Position numbers and translations under genes: made by a program
Shown here: positions 56,521 to 64,000 of the stretch, in pieces
How the letters are laid out: every line of letters starts with the position of its first letter
Position numbering within the stretch: the first letter of the stretch is position 1
The notes under the pieces: generated by a model
What the model was told of the DNA's origin: nothing
Database searches by the model: none
What the model saw: the letters and a program-made list of their open reading frames with translations, nothing else
Assembly: GCA_015233145.1 (NCBI GenBank)
Contig: JADFYI010000006.1
Span: 4,514-68,513 of the forward strand
Length of the DNA: 64,000 nucleotides
DNA from: Candidatus Omnitrophota bacterium
Lineage (GTDB): Bacteria; Omnitrophota; Gorgyraeia; Zapsychrales; Fredricksoniimonadaceae
Reading direction: 5' to 3'

Positions 56521-57765
56521 TTAGCGTTTAATAACCCTGTTTCTCTCAATCACATTAATAAGCGCCTGCGTAAATTTCTTGGCATCGTGCCTGACGTAAT
56601 CCTTGACCTCGACAATATCTCCGGCAAAAACTTTGTAACCCAGCGCCCGGACTTCTTCAGTATCCGCTTTCACAGGAAAAGAATTTTCTTTCTTGTACCT
56701 GGACAACGCCTCGGGAGAGCTGATCTCCGTTGAATTCATGATGACCGCATCAATAATATCGTTGCGGGTGTGTTTAATAATCGCGCGCACATGGTCGCTG
56801 GCGCTAAACCCCTCGGTCTCGCCCATCTGCGTCATAACATTGCAAATATAAATCCTGTAGGCCGAAGACGCCGCAATCGCTTCCGGGATCCCCTGAATAA
56901 TCAAATTCGGCAAAACACTGGTGTAAAGGCTGCCCGGCCCCAGAATAATCACATCCGCTTCCTTAATAGCCTCAAGCGCTTCAGGCGTGGGCTGCACGTC
57001 CTGGGGCTTTAAAGAAAGCTGGTCGATCACAACTCCCAGACAGGGGATCTTGGCCTCGCCCTCAGTCACCTTGCCGTTCTGGTAACGCGCCACCAGATGG
57101 ACATTCTGGACAGTGGCGGGAATCACCTTCCCCCTGATCGCAAGAACCTTGCTGGTAAGCTCCACCGCTTCTTTAAAATCCCGGTTTCCGACTTCAAAGA
57201 GCGCTGTTAAAAATAAATTCCCGAAATTGTGCCCCTTAAGCTCAGACTTCTCAGGAAAACGATATTGAAAAAGATCTCCCATCAACGCCGGCGCGTCGGC
57301 CAGGGCCACCAGGCAGTTACGGATGTCTCCCATGGCCACAATATCAAACTGTTCCCGCAACCTTCCCGACGAGCCACCGCTGTCCGCCACGGTCACAATC
57401 GCGGTAATATTCGAGGTGTATTCTTTTAAAGCAAACAAAAGGTTTGAAAGCCCGTGCCCTCCGCCGATCGCGACGATCTTGGGGCCACGCTCTAAAAATC
57501 TTTTCTGATAAAGAATATTAACAAGGTCCTGCTCTCTTTTGGGGAGAAACAGGGTAATGAGCGAGATGGTCATCTTTCCTATGCCGATCACGGTAAACAA
57601 AATTCCGCACAGGATAATAATGATGCCAAACAACCGGACGAAAGGATAAGGATTAGCCCAAAAATATGCGCCTAAAGCAACAACACACACTCCAAAGAGC
57701 GAGGTCAAAATCCAGCGTTTGACCATTATTCCGGGGTACAACCACTTGAGGAAATTTTTGGACAT
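56521..57765 (-). CDS. YvcK/CofD-like (UPF0052) protein with an N-terminal ~75-aa membrane anchor
   Basis: The core motif is IVAIGGGHGLSNLL, with GPGSLYTSVLPNL also present. Two hydrophobic helices precede the core (ILTSLFGVCVVALGAYFW; LFGIIIILCGILFTVIGIG). Confidence 0.85.
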   Translation of the reverse strand: MSKNFLKWLYPGIMVKRWILTSLFGVCVVALGAYFWANPYPFVRLFGIIIILCGILFTVIGIGKMTISLITLFLPKREQDLVNILYQKRFLERGPKIVAIGGGHGLSNLLFALKEYTSNITAIVTVADSGGSSGRLREQFDIVAMGDIRNCLVALADAPALMGDLFQYRFPEKSELKGHNFGNLFLTALFEVGNRDFKEAVELTSKVLAIRGKVIPATVQNVHLVARYQNGKVTEGEAKIPCLGVVIDQLSLKPQDVQPTPEALEAIKEADVIILGPGSLYTSVLPNLIIQGIPEAIAASSAYRIYICNVMTQMGETEGFSASDHVRAIIKHTRNDIIDAVIMNSTEISSPEALSRYKKENSFPVKADTEEVRALGYKVFAGDIVEVKDYVRHDAKKFTQALINVIERNRVIKR

Positions 57766-57770
57766 TGTCC

Positions 57771-58241
57771 TTAACTGATCTGCGCATCTTCGCGGGAAAC
57801 AAGTTCCAGGATGTCTTTTTTGTCTTTCGACACCCTTAAGCTTTCGCGAAAATATTTGTCTTTAAGAAGACGAGACACCCTTGCCAATGCTTTCAGATGA
57901 GGGCCGGCAGAATCCACGGGGGCTGCCAAAAGAAAAAAGATATACGCGGGCTCTCCATCCAGAGCATCAAAATCAATGCCCTTCTTGCTGATCCCAAGGC
58001 CAGCGACGAGCTTGTCGACGCAATCGGTCTTGCCGTGAGGGATGGCAATGCCCTGGCCAATGGCCGTTGAGCCCAAAGCTTCGCGGGCAATAAGGACATC
58101 GATAATCTTGACCTTATTTTTTTTCTCGAAAGCACCGGCTTCAACCATCATGGAAACCATTTCTTCAATAAGCTCTTTTTTGTTGGTGGCTTTTAAATCA
58201 GCGTTAACGGCGTTGGAACAAAGAAAATCAAGAATTTTCAT
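57771..58241 (-). CDS. ptsN: PTS EIIA (fructose/nitrogen type, PtsN-like)
   Basis: The active-site His context is GIAIPHGK. The ATG at 58241 follows AGGAGG. The track start at 58319 would run into tRNA-Gly. Confidence 0.85.
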   Translation of the reverse strand: MKILDFLCSNAVNADLKATNKKELIEEMVSMMVEAGAFEKKNKVKIIDVLIAREALGSTAIGQGIAIPHGKTDCVDKLVAGLGISKKGIDFDALDGEPAYIFFLLAAPVDSAGPHLKALARVSRLLKDKYFRESLRVSKDKKDILELVSREDAQIS

Positions 58242-58277
58242 ATGGGGAAACAACCTCCTGGATATGCAAAAAATAAG

Positions 58278-58351
58278 AGCGGCGGATGGGATTTGAACCC
58301 ACGACATCAACCTTGGCAAGGTTGCATTCTAGCCAACTGAATTACCGCCGC
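58278..58351 (-). tRNA. tRNA-Gly (anticodon GCC)
   Basis: The 74-nt sequence GCGGCGG TA ATTC AGTTGGCTA GAAT G CAACC TTGCCAA GGTTG ATGTC GTGGG TTCAAAT CCCAT CCGCCGC T folds into a full cloverleaf. CCA is not encoded. Confidence 0.9.
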
Positions 58352-58551
58352 ATTTAATTTAAGAATACATCTAAATTTTTTCTATTCTATCACTAACAAC
58401 AATCAAGTCAACCTGGAAACCTTTTAAAAGTCGAAGAGCAATAGAAAATAGACAATAGACCGCAATCGACACCTTCAAAAATTTCTCTATTATCAATTTT
58501 CGATTGCTCTAATACAAACGTCCTTATGAACAATTTTGAAGACGTTTGTAT

Positions 58552-58635
58552 TGGTGGGCGGGAGAGGACTTGAACCTCCATGGGTTACCCCACCAGATCC
58601 TAAGTCTGGCGCGTCTGCCATTTCGCCACCCGCCC
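58552..58635 (-). tRNA. tRNA-Leu (anticodon TAG), long variable arm, CCA encoded
   Basis: The sequence GGGCGGG..CCAGA CTTAGGA TCTGG TGGGGTAACCCAT GGAGG TTCAAGT CCTCT CCCGCCC A CCA is 84 nt. Confidence 0.9.
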
Positions 58636-58658
58636 GAAAAACCAAAAATTCTTGGTTT

Positions 58659-58788
58659 TTCGTCCCGAGACTATCGTGGCGACCAACAGTCGCCCGAGTC
58701 TCGGGGCGAAGGATCTTTAAAAATTCGTCCTGAGGCTATTGTGGCGACCTACAGACCACCCAAGCCGAAGGGCGAAAAGAATCCATAA
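58659..58788. repeat. two tandem ~65-nt structured repeats in the tRNA-Lys/tRNA-Leu spacer
   Basis: Copy 1 (58659-58723) is ttcgtcccgagactatcgtggcgaccaacagtcgcccgagtctcggggcgaagg... Copy 2 (58724-58788) is ttcgtcctgaggctattgtggcgacctacagaccacccaagccgaagggcgaaa... The first 31 positions match at 27/31. Copy 1 forms nested hairpins cccgagact/agtctcggg and ggcgac/gtcgcc. Confidence 0.6.
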
Positions 58789-58963
58789 CAACATGCGCAA
58801 ACTTCTTAAAATATTTTTCTTCGCTGCTCCAAAATTTAGACGAAATAGCGACTCCATAATTCGAGGACGAATTATGGAAATGAAATCCACTCCGGCCCCG
58901 ATGGCCTCTTGGGCCATCTGGTGGCCTTCGGGATATTTTTGGAAGAATCCTTCCCAAAATAAA

Positions 58964-59039
58964 TGGTGACCCACCCGCGACTCGAACGCGGCACGCCAGC
59001 CTTAAAAGGGCTGTGCTCTACCAGATGAGCTAGTGGGTC
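58964..59039 (-). tRNA. tRNA-Lys (anticodon TTT), CCA encoded
   Basis: The sequence GACCCAC TA GCTC ATCTGGTA GAGC A CAGCC CTTTTAA GGCTG GCGTG CCGCG TTCGAGT CGCGG GTGGGTC A CCA is 76 nt. It starts 18 nt after the frr stop. Confidence 0.9.
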
Positions 59040-59057
59040 AATATTTAAAAGAACAAA

Positions 59058-59618
59058 TTATATTGTTAAAAGGTCTTTACTCTTCTTTTCCAAAATCATA
59101 TCAACATCTTTAATATACTTGTCGGTCAGCTTCTGAATTTCTTCCTGGCCTTTAAAATTGTCATCTTCAGCAATAGCATTATCTTTTTTGAGTTTCGCAA
59201 TCTTTTCATTGGCTTCGCGGCGGATAGACCTTAAAGAAACTCGCCCCTTTTCCGCCATATCCTTAACAACCTTGGCAAGTTCCTTACGGCGTTCCTCTGA
59301 AAGAGGCGGAATGACCAAACGTATGACCTTGCCGTCATTATTCGCTGTGCCGCCAATCTTTGAATTCATCAAGGCTTTTTCAATCTCTGCCAAGGCTGAG
59401 ACATCCCAGGGCTGAATAACAATGCTTGAGGCATCCGGTGAAGAAACTCCCGCCACCTGCTTGATAGGGGTTGGCGTTCCATAATAATCAATATGAAGCT
59501 CCTCAACCAAAGAGGGGTGCGCGCGCCCTGTGCGCACTTCGGCAAACTCACGGAGAACAGAATCCACTGCTTTTTTCATCGAGCCATCTGTAAGTCCCAC
59601 AATATCTTTTATTCCCAT
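59058..59618 (-). CDS. frr: ribosome recycling factor
   Basis: The sequence contains EVRTGRAHPSLVEELHIDYYG. The ATG at 59618 (MGIKDIV..) gives the usual N-terminal spacing. The track start at 59630 is also ATG. Confidence 0.9.
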   Translation of the reverse strand: MGIKDIVGLTDGSMKKAVDSVLREFAEVRTGRAHPSLVEELHIDYYGTPTPIKQVAGVSSPDASSIVIQPWDVSALAEIEKALMNSKIGGTANNDGKVIRLVIPPLSEERRKELAKVVKDMAEKGRVSLRSIRREANEKIAKLKKDNAIAEDDNFKGQEEIQKLTDKYIKDVDMILEKKSKDLLTI

Positions 59619-59635
59619 AACAACCCCCATCCCTT

Positions 59636-60358
59636 TTAGCTGACAACGGTTCCAATATCTTCCCCAAGAACAGCTTTGCGGATATTCCCTTTTTTCGTCA
59701 GGTTAAAAACCAGGATCGGCAGATTATTGTCCATGCACATGCTGATCGCGGTTGAGTCCATGACCTTTAAATCCTGATTTAATACGTCGATAAAACGGAG
59801 CTTATTATACTTTTGGGCCTTTTTATCTTTCATGGGGTCCGCAGTATAAATGCCGTCAACTTTTGTGGCCTTCATGATGATATCAGCCTTGATTTCACTC
59901 GCGCGCAAAGCCGCGGCCGTGTCTGTGGTAAAAAAGGGGTTGCCTGTGCCGCCAACAAAAATAACAACACGCTTTTTTTCCAAATGGCGCATCGCGCGCC
60001 TGACAATATACGGTTCGGCAATGGCATGCATTTCAATGGCGGTCATGACGCGTGTGGGGACCCCGCTCTGCTCAAGAGCATTTTGCAATGCCAGGCCGTT
60101 TAACACCGTGGCCAGCATTCCCATATAATCAGCCACAGAGCGGTCAAGCCCGAAACGCTTGGTCTCAATGCCGCCGCGAAAAATATTTCCGCCACCCACG
60201 ACAATGGCCACCTGAACACCCATTTCCCAGATTTCTTTAATCTGGACGGCAAACGTGACACAAATATCAGCATCAATACCATGCTCACGCGGGCCCTGAA
60301 GGGCCTCACCGCTCATCTTCAAAAGAATTCGCTTATAGGCAGGGTTTTCTTTGGTCAA
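59636..60358 (-). CDS. pyrH: UMP kinase
   Basis: Motifs [21 protein letters not shown] and [10 protein letters not shown] are present. Confidence 0.93.
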   Translation of the reverse strand: MTKENPAYKRILLKMSGEALQGPREHGIDADICVTFAVQIKEIWEMGVQVAIVVGGGNIFRGGIETKRFGLDRSVADYMGMLATVLNGLALQNALEQSGVPTRVMTAIEMHAIAEPYIVRRAMRHLEKKRVVIFVGGTGNPFFTTDTAAALRASEIKADIIMKATKVDGIYTADPMKDKKAQKYNKLRFIDVLNQDLKVMDSTAISMCMDNNLPILVFNLTKKGNIRKAVLGEDIGTVVS

Positions 60359-60380
60359 GTTATCTTCCTTAATATAAAAG

Positions 60381-60899
60381 TTACTCGCCGATTTTGTATC
60401 TCAAAAAGCGGCCAACAACAATATTCTCGCCAATCTTGGCCACAAGCTCATTCAAAAGATCCTGGACGCTTTTAGAAGGATCCTTGACAAAGGGCTGTTC
60501 CAAAAGCACGCTTGCCTTGAAAAAAGCGGCCTGGTCTGCCTCAGCTGAAAGAACCTCTGCCGCAACATCTTCTTTCTTAAGATACTTTGGCGCCATGGCT
60601 GCAATATGCATGGCCAGGTCTTTGGAAAACTTGATAAAATCCTCATTGCGCGCCACAAAGTCGGTTTCGCAATTGATTTCCAAAAGAACGCCAATTTTAT
60701 TGCCGTTGTGAATATAAGCTTCCACGCGGCCTTCATTCGCTACGCGCGAAGCCTTTTTCATGGCCATCTGCAACCCCTTCTCACGAAGAAGCGCCTTGGC
60801 CTTATTGATATCTCCACCCGCCTGCTCTAATGCCTTTTTGCAATCAACAACACCGCAGGACGTTTGTTCTCTTAATTCTTTAATAAGATCAAGTGACAT
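60381..60899 (-). CDS. tsf: elongation factor Ts (very short form, 172 aa)
   Basis: The UBA-like N-terminus is [29 protein letters not shown]. Motifs [16 protein letters not shown] and LLEQPFVKD are present. Confidence 0.88.
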   Translation of the reverse strand: MSLDLIKELREQTSCGVVDCKKALEQAGGDINKAKALLREKGLQMAMKKASRVANEGRVEAYIHNGNKIGVLLEINCETDFVARNEDFIKFSKDLAMHIAAMAPKYLKKEDVAAEVLSAEADQAAFFKASVLLEQPFVKDPSKSVQDLLNELVAKIGENIVVGRFLRYKIGE

Positions 60900-60904
60900 G
60901 AGCC

Positions 60905-61807
60905 TTACTCCCTTTCCTTTTCCTTGGCAATAACTTTCTTAACCGGTTTTACAGGCTTCTTGGTGTCTTTGTCGCGTTCAACAACCTCGTCATAAACATC
61001 CAATTCCTCGGCAAGACTTTCTTTGATAACCGCAGGAACAACATCTGTGACATCAGGCACCTCAGCCACGGGTTGGGCAACCTCAACCACTGGCGCAACA
61101 ACTGGCTTTGCAACATCCCCGCTCAACTCACGGCGGCCTTCAATAATGCCTTCGGTCAAATAGTTGATAATCAAACGGATGGACTTAACCGCATCATCAT
61201 TGGCCGGAATGCAATAATCAATGGGGTCCGGGTCGCTGTTGGTGTCAATCATGGCAATGACCGGTATATTCAAGCGCTTGGCTTCACGCACCGCAATTTC
61301 TTCGTTCTTGACGTCCACAACAACCATGACGTCCGGAGCGCCGGTCATCTCGCGAATACCACCCAGGTCATTGGTCAAACGCGCTTTCTCCTTGTTAAGA
61401 AGCGCAACCTCTTTCTTGGTCAGTTTCTCAAAAGTGCCGTCCTTCTCCATGCGCTCAATATCCTGAAGTTTGCGGATAGATTTCTTGACTGTTTCAAAGT
61501 TTGTCAGAAGCCCTCCCATCCAGCGGCTGTTCACATAGAACATTCCCGAACGGACAGCCTCATCGCGCATCACTTCCTGGGCCTGTTTCTTGGTGCCGAC
61601 AAAAAGAAACTTGGCGCCCTTCGCGGCTTTATCACGCGCGAAATCACGGGCCAGGTTCAGGCAATCCGCAGTTTTTTCCAGGTCAATGATGTAAATTCCG
61701 CCGCGGTCGCCAAAAATGAATTTCTTCATTTTGGGATTCCAGCGCCTGGTCTGGTGGCCGAAATGGACACCGGCTTCCAAAAGTTTCTTCACTAATTCTG
61801 TTGTCAT
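60905..61807 (-). CDS. rpsB: 30S ribosomal protein S2 with an acidic/Val-Pro-rich C-terminal extension
   Basis: The core motif is [19 protein letters not shown]. About 60 extra C-terminal residues are present (..[34 protein letters not shown]..). Confidence 0.93.
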   Translation of the reverse strand: MTTELVKKLLEAGVHFGHQTRRWNPKMKKFIFGDRGGIYIIDLEKTADCLNLARDFARDKAAKGAKFLFVGTKKQAQEVMRDEAVRSGMFYVNSRWMGGLLTNFETVKKSIRKLQDIERMEKDGTFEKLTKKEVALLNKEKARLTNDLGGIREMTGAPDVMVVVDVKNEEIAVREAKRLNIPVIAMIDTNSDPDPIDYCIPANDDAVKSIRLIINYLTEGIIEGRRELSGDVAKPVVAPVVEVAQPVAEVPDVTDVVPAVIKESLAEELDVYDEVVERDKDTKKPVKPVKKVIAKEKERE

Positions 61808-61985
61808 GATCTCTCCTTAGGATCTATTTCGCCGTATCTATTGCAGAAGTGAAGGCGAAACGGTTTTCCCCGGCAAGGCTGCCGAAGGGAGGGCGTGGGT
61901 GTCTCACTTCATTCCCTGACCCGCGCTCTCCGTTACAGGGCTTCCCGCCAAGCCACCTGGCTTTGGCGTTTACCCAAAAATGTTG
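61808..61985 (-). promoter_or_regulatory. GC-rich structured 5' leader of rpsB-tsf (candidate r-protein autoregulatory element)
   Basis: On the minus strand I can draw three elements: hairpin GCCAA(A)GCC-AGGT-GGCTTGGC, long-range pair GAAGTGA/TCACTTC, and inner hairpin CGGCA-GCCT-TGCCG. The SD (taaggagag) sits at the 3' end. Confidence 0.4.
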
Positions 61986-61990
61986 CGATT

Positions 61991-62018
61991 AGTATATCCG
62001 AGATTTTCGGAAATGCAA
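61991..62018 (-). promoter_or_regulatory. candidate sigma70-type promoter for rpsB
   Basis: On the minus strand, TTGCAT (62018-62013) and TATACT (61996-61991) are separated by a 16-nt spacer. Confidence 0.35.
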
Positions 62019-62050
62019 TAATAAATTTATTATAGGAGGGTTACTCAAAG

Positions 62051-62737
62051 TCATTGTCCTTCTGGATGCTGGGTAAGCCTTTCAGGATGATGCTTGACCA
62101 CCTCACCTGTCACGATATAAATCACGTCTTCCGCGATATATGTTGCATGGTCGCAAATACGCTCCAGATACCTGGCCACCAGAATCAAGGGCACAGCGCG
62201 GGGTGCAGTGGCTCCATCTATAACAATATAATCATTAATAAGCTCTTCCTGAATTTTGCGCTTGAGCTGGTCTGCCTCTGAGTCCATTAAGATCACCTTT
62301 TTGGCCAATTCACTGTCACGGGCAATAAACGAATCAATTGCGGTTTTGACCATGTTCTGGGCCAACAATGAAAGCCTGGGGATATCCACCAACGGCTTTA
62401 AAAGCGGCTTATCCGCCACTTCCAAAACACGCTGGGCAATATCCACAGCAATGTCAGCAATTCTCTCAAGCTCGGAATTCAACCGCATGGCCATCACAAT
62501 AAACCTGAGGTCCTTGGCCATGGGCTGGTGGCGCGCAATCAAATCCAGGCACTTTTCGTCAATAATAAGCTCCAGATCATCAATGTGCTGATCCCGGTCA
62601 ATAATGCTCTGGGCCAATTCCTGGTCCTGATCTTTCAATGATTCAATGGCATGAGCAATCGCCTCCTCGGCAAAAGCGCTCAATTTCAAAATATCATTAT
62701 GAAGGTCTTCCAGTTCATCTTGAAAATGCTTGCTCAT
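62051..62737 (-). CDS. phoU: phosphate transport system regulator PhoU
   Basis: It has the two PhoU repeats with E/D-x3-D motifs (ERIADIAVDIA; ERICDHATYIAED). The ATG at 62737 follows AAGGAG by 7 nt. The track start at 62764 contains that SD within the ORF. Confidence 0.9.
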   Translation of the reverse strand: MSKHFQDELEDLHNDILKLSAFAEEAIAHAIESLKDQDQELAQSIIDRDQHIDDLELIIDEKCLDLIARHQPMAKDLRFIVMAMRLNSELERIADIAVDIAQRVLEVADKPLLKPLVDIPRLSLLAQNMVKTAIDSFIARDSELAKKVILMDSEADQLKRKIQEELINDYIVIDGATAPRAVPLILVARYLERICDHATYIAEDVIYIVTGEVVKHHPERLTQHPEGQ

Positions 62738-62785
62738 AATTTTTCTCCTTATTAAACTTACCATGCTCCATCGAGCCAGAGGCTT

Positions 62786-63547
62786 CTATCCAAACCTTCC
62801 TGTAATGTAATCCTCTGTCCGTTTATCTTTGGGTGCCGTAAACATTTGTTCTGTTTTATCAAACTCGATCAAGTCACCCATAAGAAAAAATCCGGTATAA
62901 TCTGAAATACGCGCTGCTTGCTGCATATTATGCGTGACAATGACAATCGTATAATCTTTTTCAAGTTCGAGAATCAAATCTTCAATTTTTTTTGTGGAGA
63001 TAGGGTCCAGGCTCGCGCATGGCTCGTCAAAAAGAATAACCTCCGGCGCAATAGCAAGGCAGCGCGCAATGCAAAGCCGCTGCTGTTGCCCGCCGGAAAG
63101 CCGGAGCGCGCTGTCGTGCAAGCGGTCCTTCACCTCGTCCCAAAGCGCGGCTTTCTTAAGAGACTCCACCACCCTGTCCTCAATCTGCCGCCTGTCCTTA
63201 AACCCGTTAATCTCCAGGCCATAAGAAATATTTTCAAAAATACTTTTAGGGAACGGGTTAGGTTTTTGAAAAACCATGCCCACACGTTTACGAACTTCTA
63301 CGGGGTCAATATCCAGCTCAAGAATATTTTTCCCATCCAGTAAAATTTCGCCCTCAAGCCTTGAATGAACCACAAGCTCGTTCATCCGGTTTAAAAGGCG
63401 AACAAATGTAGATTTGCCACAGCCCGACGGACCGATAACCGCCGTAACCTCATTGGCATAAATTTTCAGGTTAATATTTTTTAAGGCATGGTGCTGGCCG
63501 TAATAAAAATTCACCTCCTTGGCACGCATTTTTACTATTTTATCCAT
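62786..63547 (-). CDS. pstB: phosphate ABC transporter ATP-binding protein
   Basis: Motifs [30 protein letters not shown] and [11 protein letters not shown] are present. The track start at 63580 is TTG. The ATG at 63547 follows GAGGAG and overlaps the pstA stop (ATGGATAA). Confidence 0.92.
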   Translation of the reverse strand: MDKIVKMRAKEVNFYYGQHHALKNINLKIYANEVTAVIGPSGCGKSTFVRLLNRMNELVVHSRLEGEILLDGKNILELDIDPVEVRKRVGMVFQKPNPFPKSIFENISYGLEINGFKDRRQIEDRVVESLKKAALWDEVKDRLHDSALRLSGGQQQRLCIARCLAIAPEVILFDEPCASLDPISTKKIEDLILELEKDYTIVIVTHNMQQAARISDYTGFFLMGDLIEFDKTEQMFTAPKDKRTEDYITGRFG

Positions 63548-64000
63548 GGGCCAGGCTCCTCTGCTTTTGTCGGATGACAATCGCGGCCAATGACACTAAA
63601 AGGACCATGCACAAAAGAATAAAACTGCATCCATAGGCAATCGCGGTTTGTTTTTCCGGATGCGCACCCTCGGTCATTAACGCATAAATATGATACGGCA
63701 ACACCATGACTTCCGAAAAAATCGAGTTCGGATACCCTTTTTTATAAAACGTGGCCGCTGTAAAAAGAATGGGGGCTGTTTCTCCGGCAATGCGTCCAAT
63801 GCTTAAAATAACACCTGTCAAGATTCCTGGCATGGCTGTGGGCAACACAATCCGGTGAATGGTCTGCCATTTTGTGGCGCCGACGGCTAAAGAAGCTTCC
63901 CGTAACGACTGGGGCACAGACAAAAGGGCCTCCTGGGTGGCGGAAATAATGACAGGTAACGATAAAATCCCGAGAGTTAAACTCCCCGAAAGAATTGAGA
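63540..64000 (-). CDS. pstA: phosphate ABC transporter permease PstA, C-terminal part (the start lies beyond the right window edge)
   Basis: The frame stays open to nt 64000 (..[44 protein letters not shown]..). The EAA-loop-like motif is [12 protein letters not shown]. Confidence 0.9.
   Translation of the reverse strand, partial: SILSGSLTLGILSLPVIISATQEALLSVPQSLREASLAVGATKWQTIHRIVLPTAMPGILTGVILSIGRIAGETAPILFTAATFYKKGYPNSIFSEVMVLPYHIYALMTEGAHPEKQTAIAYGCSFILLCMVLLVSLAAIVIRQKQRSLAHG

Noticed and set aside
58659-58788. The tandem 65-nt units as degenerate tRNA pseudogenes (the reverse complement contains ..GGTCGCCA).
   Set aside because: No T-arm (GTTCRANYC) or D-arm consensus is present and no cloverleaf can be drawn.
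58546-58974. Track ORFs in the tRNA region (58536-58733, 58546-58788, 58739-58969 on plus; 58717-58974, 58736-58957 on minus).
   Set aside because: They overlap tRNA-Leu or tRNA-Lys or the structured repeats. They have no SD and give low-complexity translations.
61860-61975. Possible SRP RNA (GTCAGGGAATGAAGTGAGAC vs GUCAGGUCCGGAAGGAAGCAGC) or c-di-GMP-I riboswitch (ACGCCAAAGCC vs ACGCAAAGCC) in the rpsB leader.
   Set aside because: The GGAA-tetraloop hairpin of SRP helix 8 is absent, and so is the first GEMM hairpin. The similarities are short and imperfect. Position directly upstream of rpsB favours an r-protein leader.

Overview
This 64-kb window comes from a diderm, LPS-making bacterium that looks anaerobic (PFOR, Bcd-EtfBA). 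Almost all genes lie on the minus strand in long co-directional operons. I saw no rRNA, CRISPR array, transposase or phage gene.

Gene content, left to right:
- Edge-truncated pyruvate:ferredoxin oxidoreductase, absent from the ORF track because it runs off the window.
- HAMP-GAF-HD-GYP protein, purU, a coiled-coil porin and a CheX-like protein.
- An accessory block (about 8.0-15.2 kb) of six Sec-exported proteins with no recognisable family motifs.
- A DUF2934-like micro-ORF and a short VIT1/CCC1 gene.
- TolC-MacA-MacB efflux genes and a CelD-like GNAT.
- Acyl-CoA dehydrogenase with EtfB and a ferredoxin-domain EtfA.
- A roughly 10.5-kb lipid A/inner-core operon: three GT9, one GT4, a GT4-GT9 fusion, an LpxL-ELM1 fusion, lpxK and waaA.
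- xerC, topA, dprA, aroK.
- A GT2 / Cys-rich peptide / GT-C module, with a second GT-C paralog beyond fba.
- pilD, aroE, leuA, ilvC, ahcY, metK and a sugar nucleotidyltransferase.
- ptsI-ptsH-yvcK-ptsN.
- tRNA-Gly, tRNA-Leu and tRNA-Lys.
- frr-pyrH-tsf-rpsB, then phoU-pstB-pstA (partial).

The best candidate for an undescribed system is the 8.0-15.2 kb block. Its part list mirrors a chaperone-usher fimbrial operon: two paralogous subunit-like proteins, a three-repeat larger subunit, a chaperone-sized two-domain periplasmic protein and a roughly 1000-aa chimeric outer-membrane protein. The outer-membrane component looks like neither a canonical usher nor a secretin.

Other items worth a second look:
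- Twin hairpin repeats upstream of ilvC.
- Tandem and inverted structured repeats in a tRNA spacer.
- A GC-rich structured rpsB leader.
- Two fusion enzymes in the LPS operon.
- A translationally coupled GT2 / Cys-rich / GT-C module.

The ORF track reports longest ORFs and shows TTG/GTG starts as M. I trimmed several N-termini to ATG codons with Shine-Dalgarno support. All functional calls rest on motifs read by eye. No database search was run.
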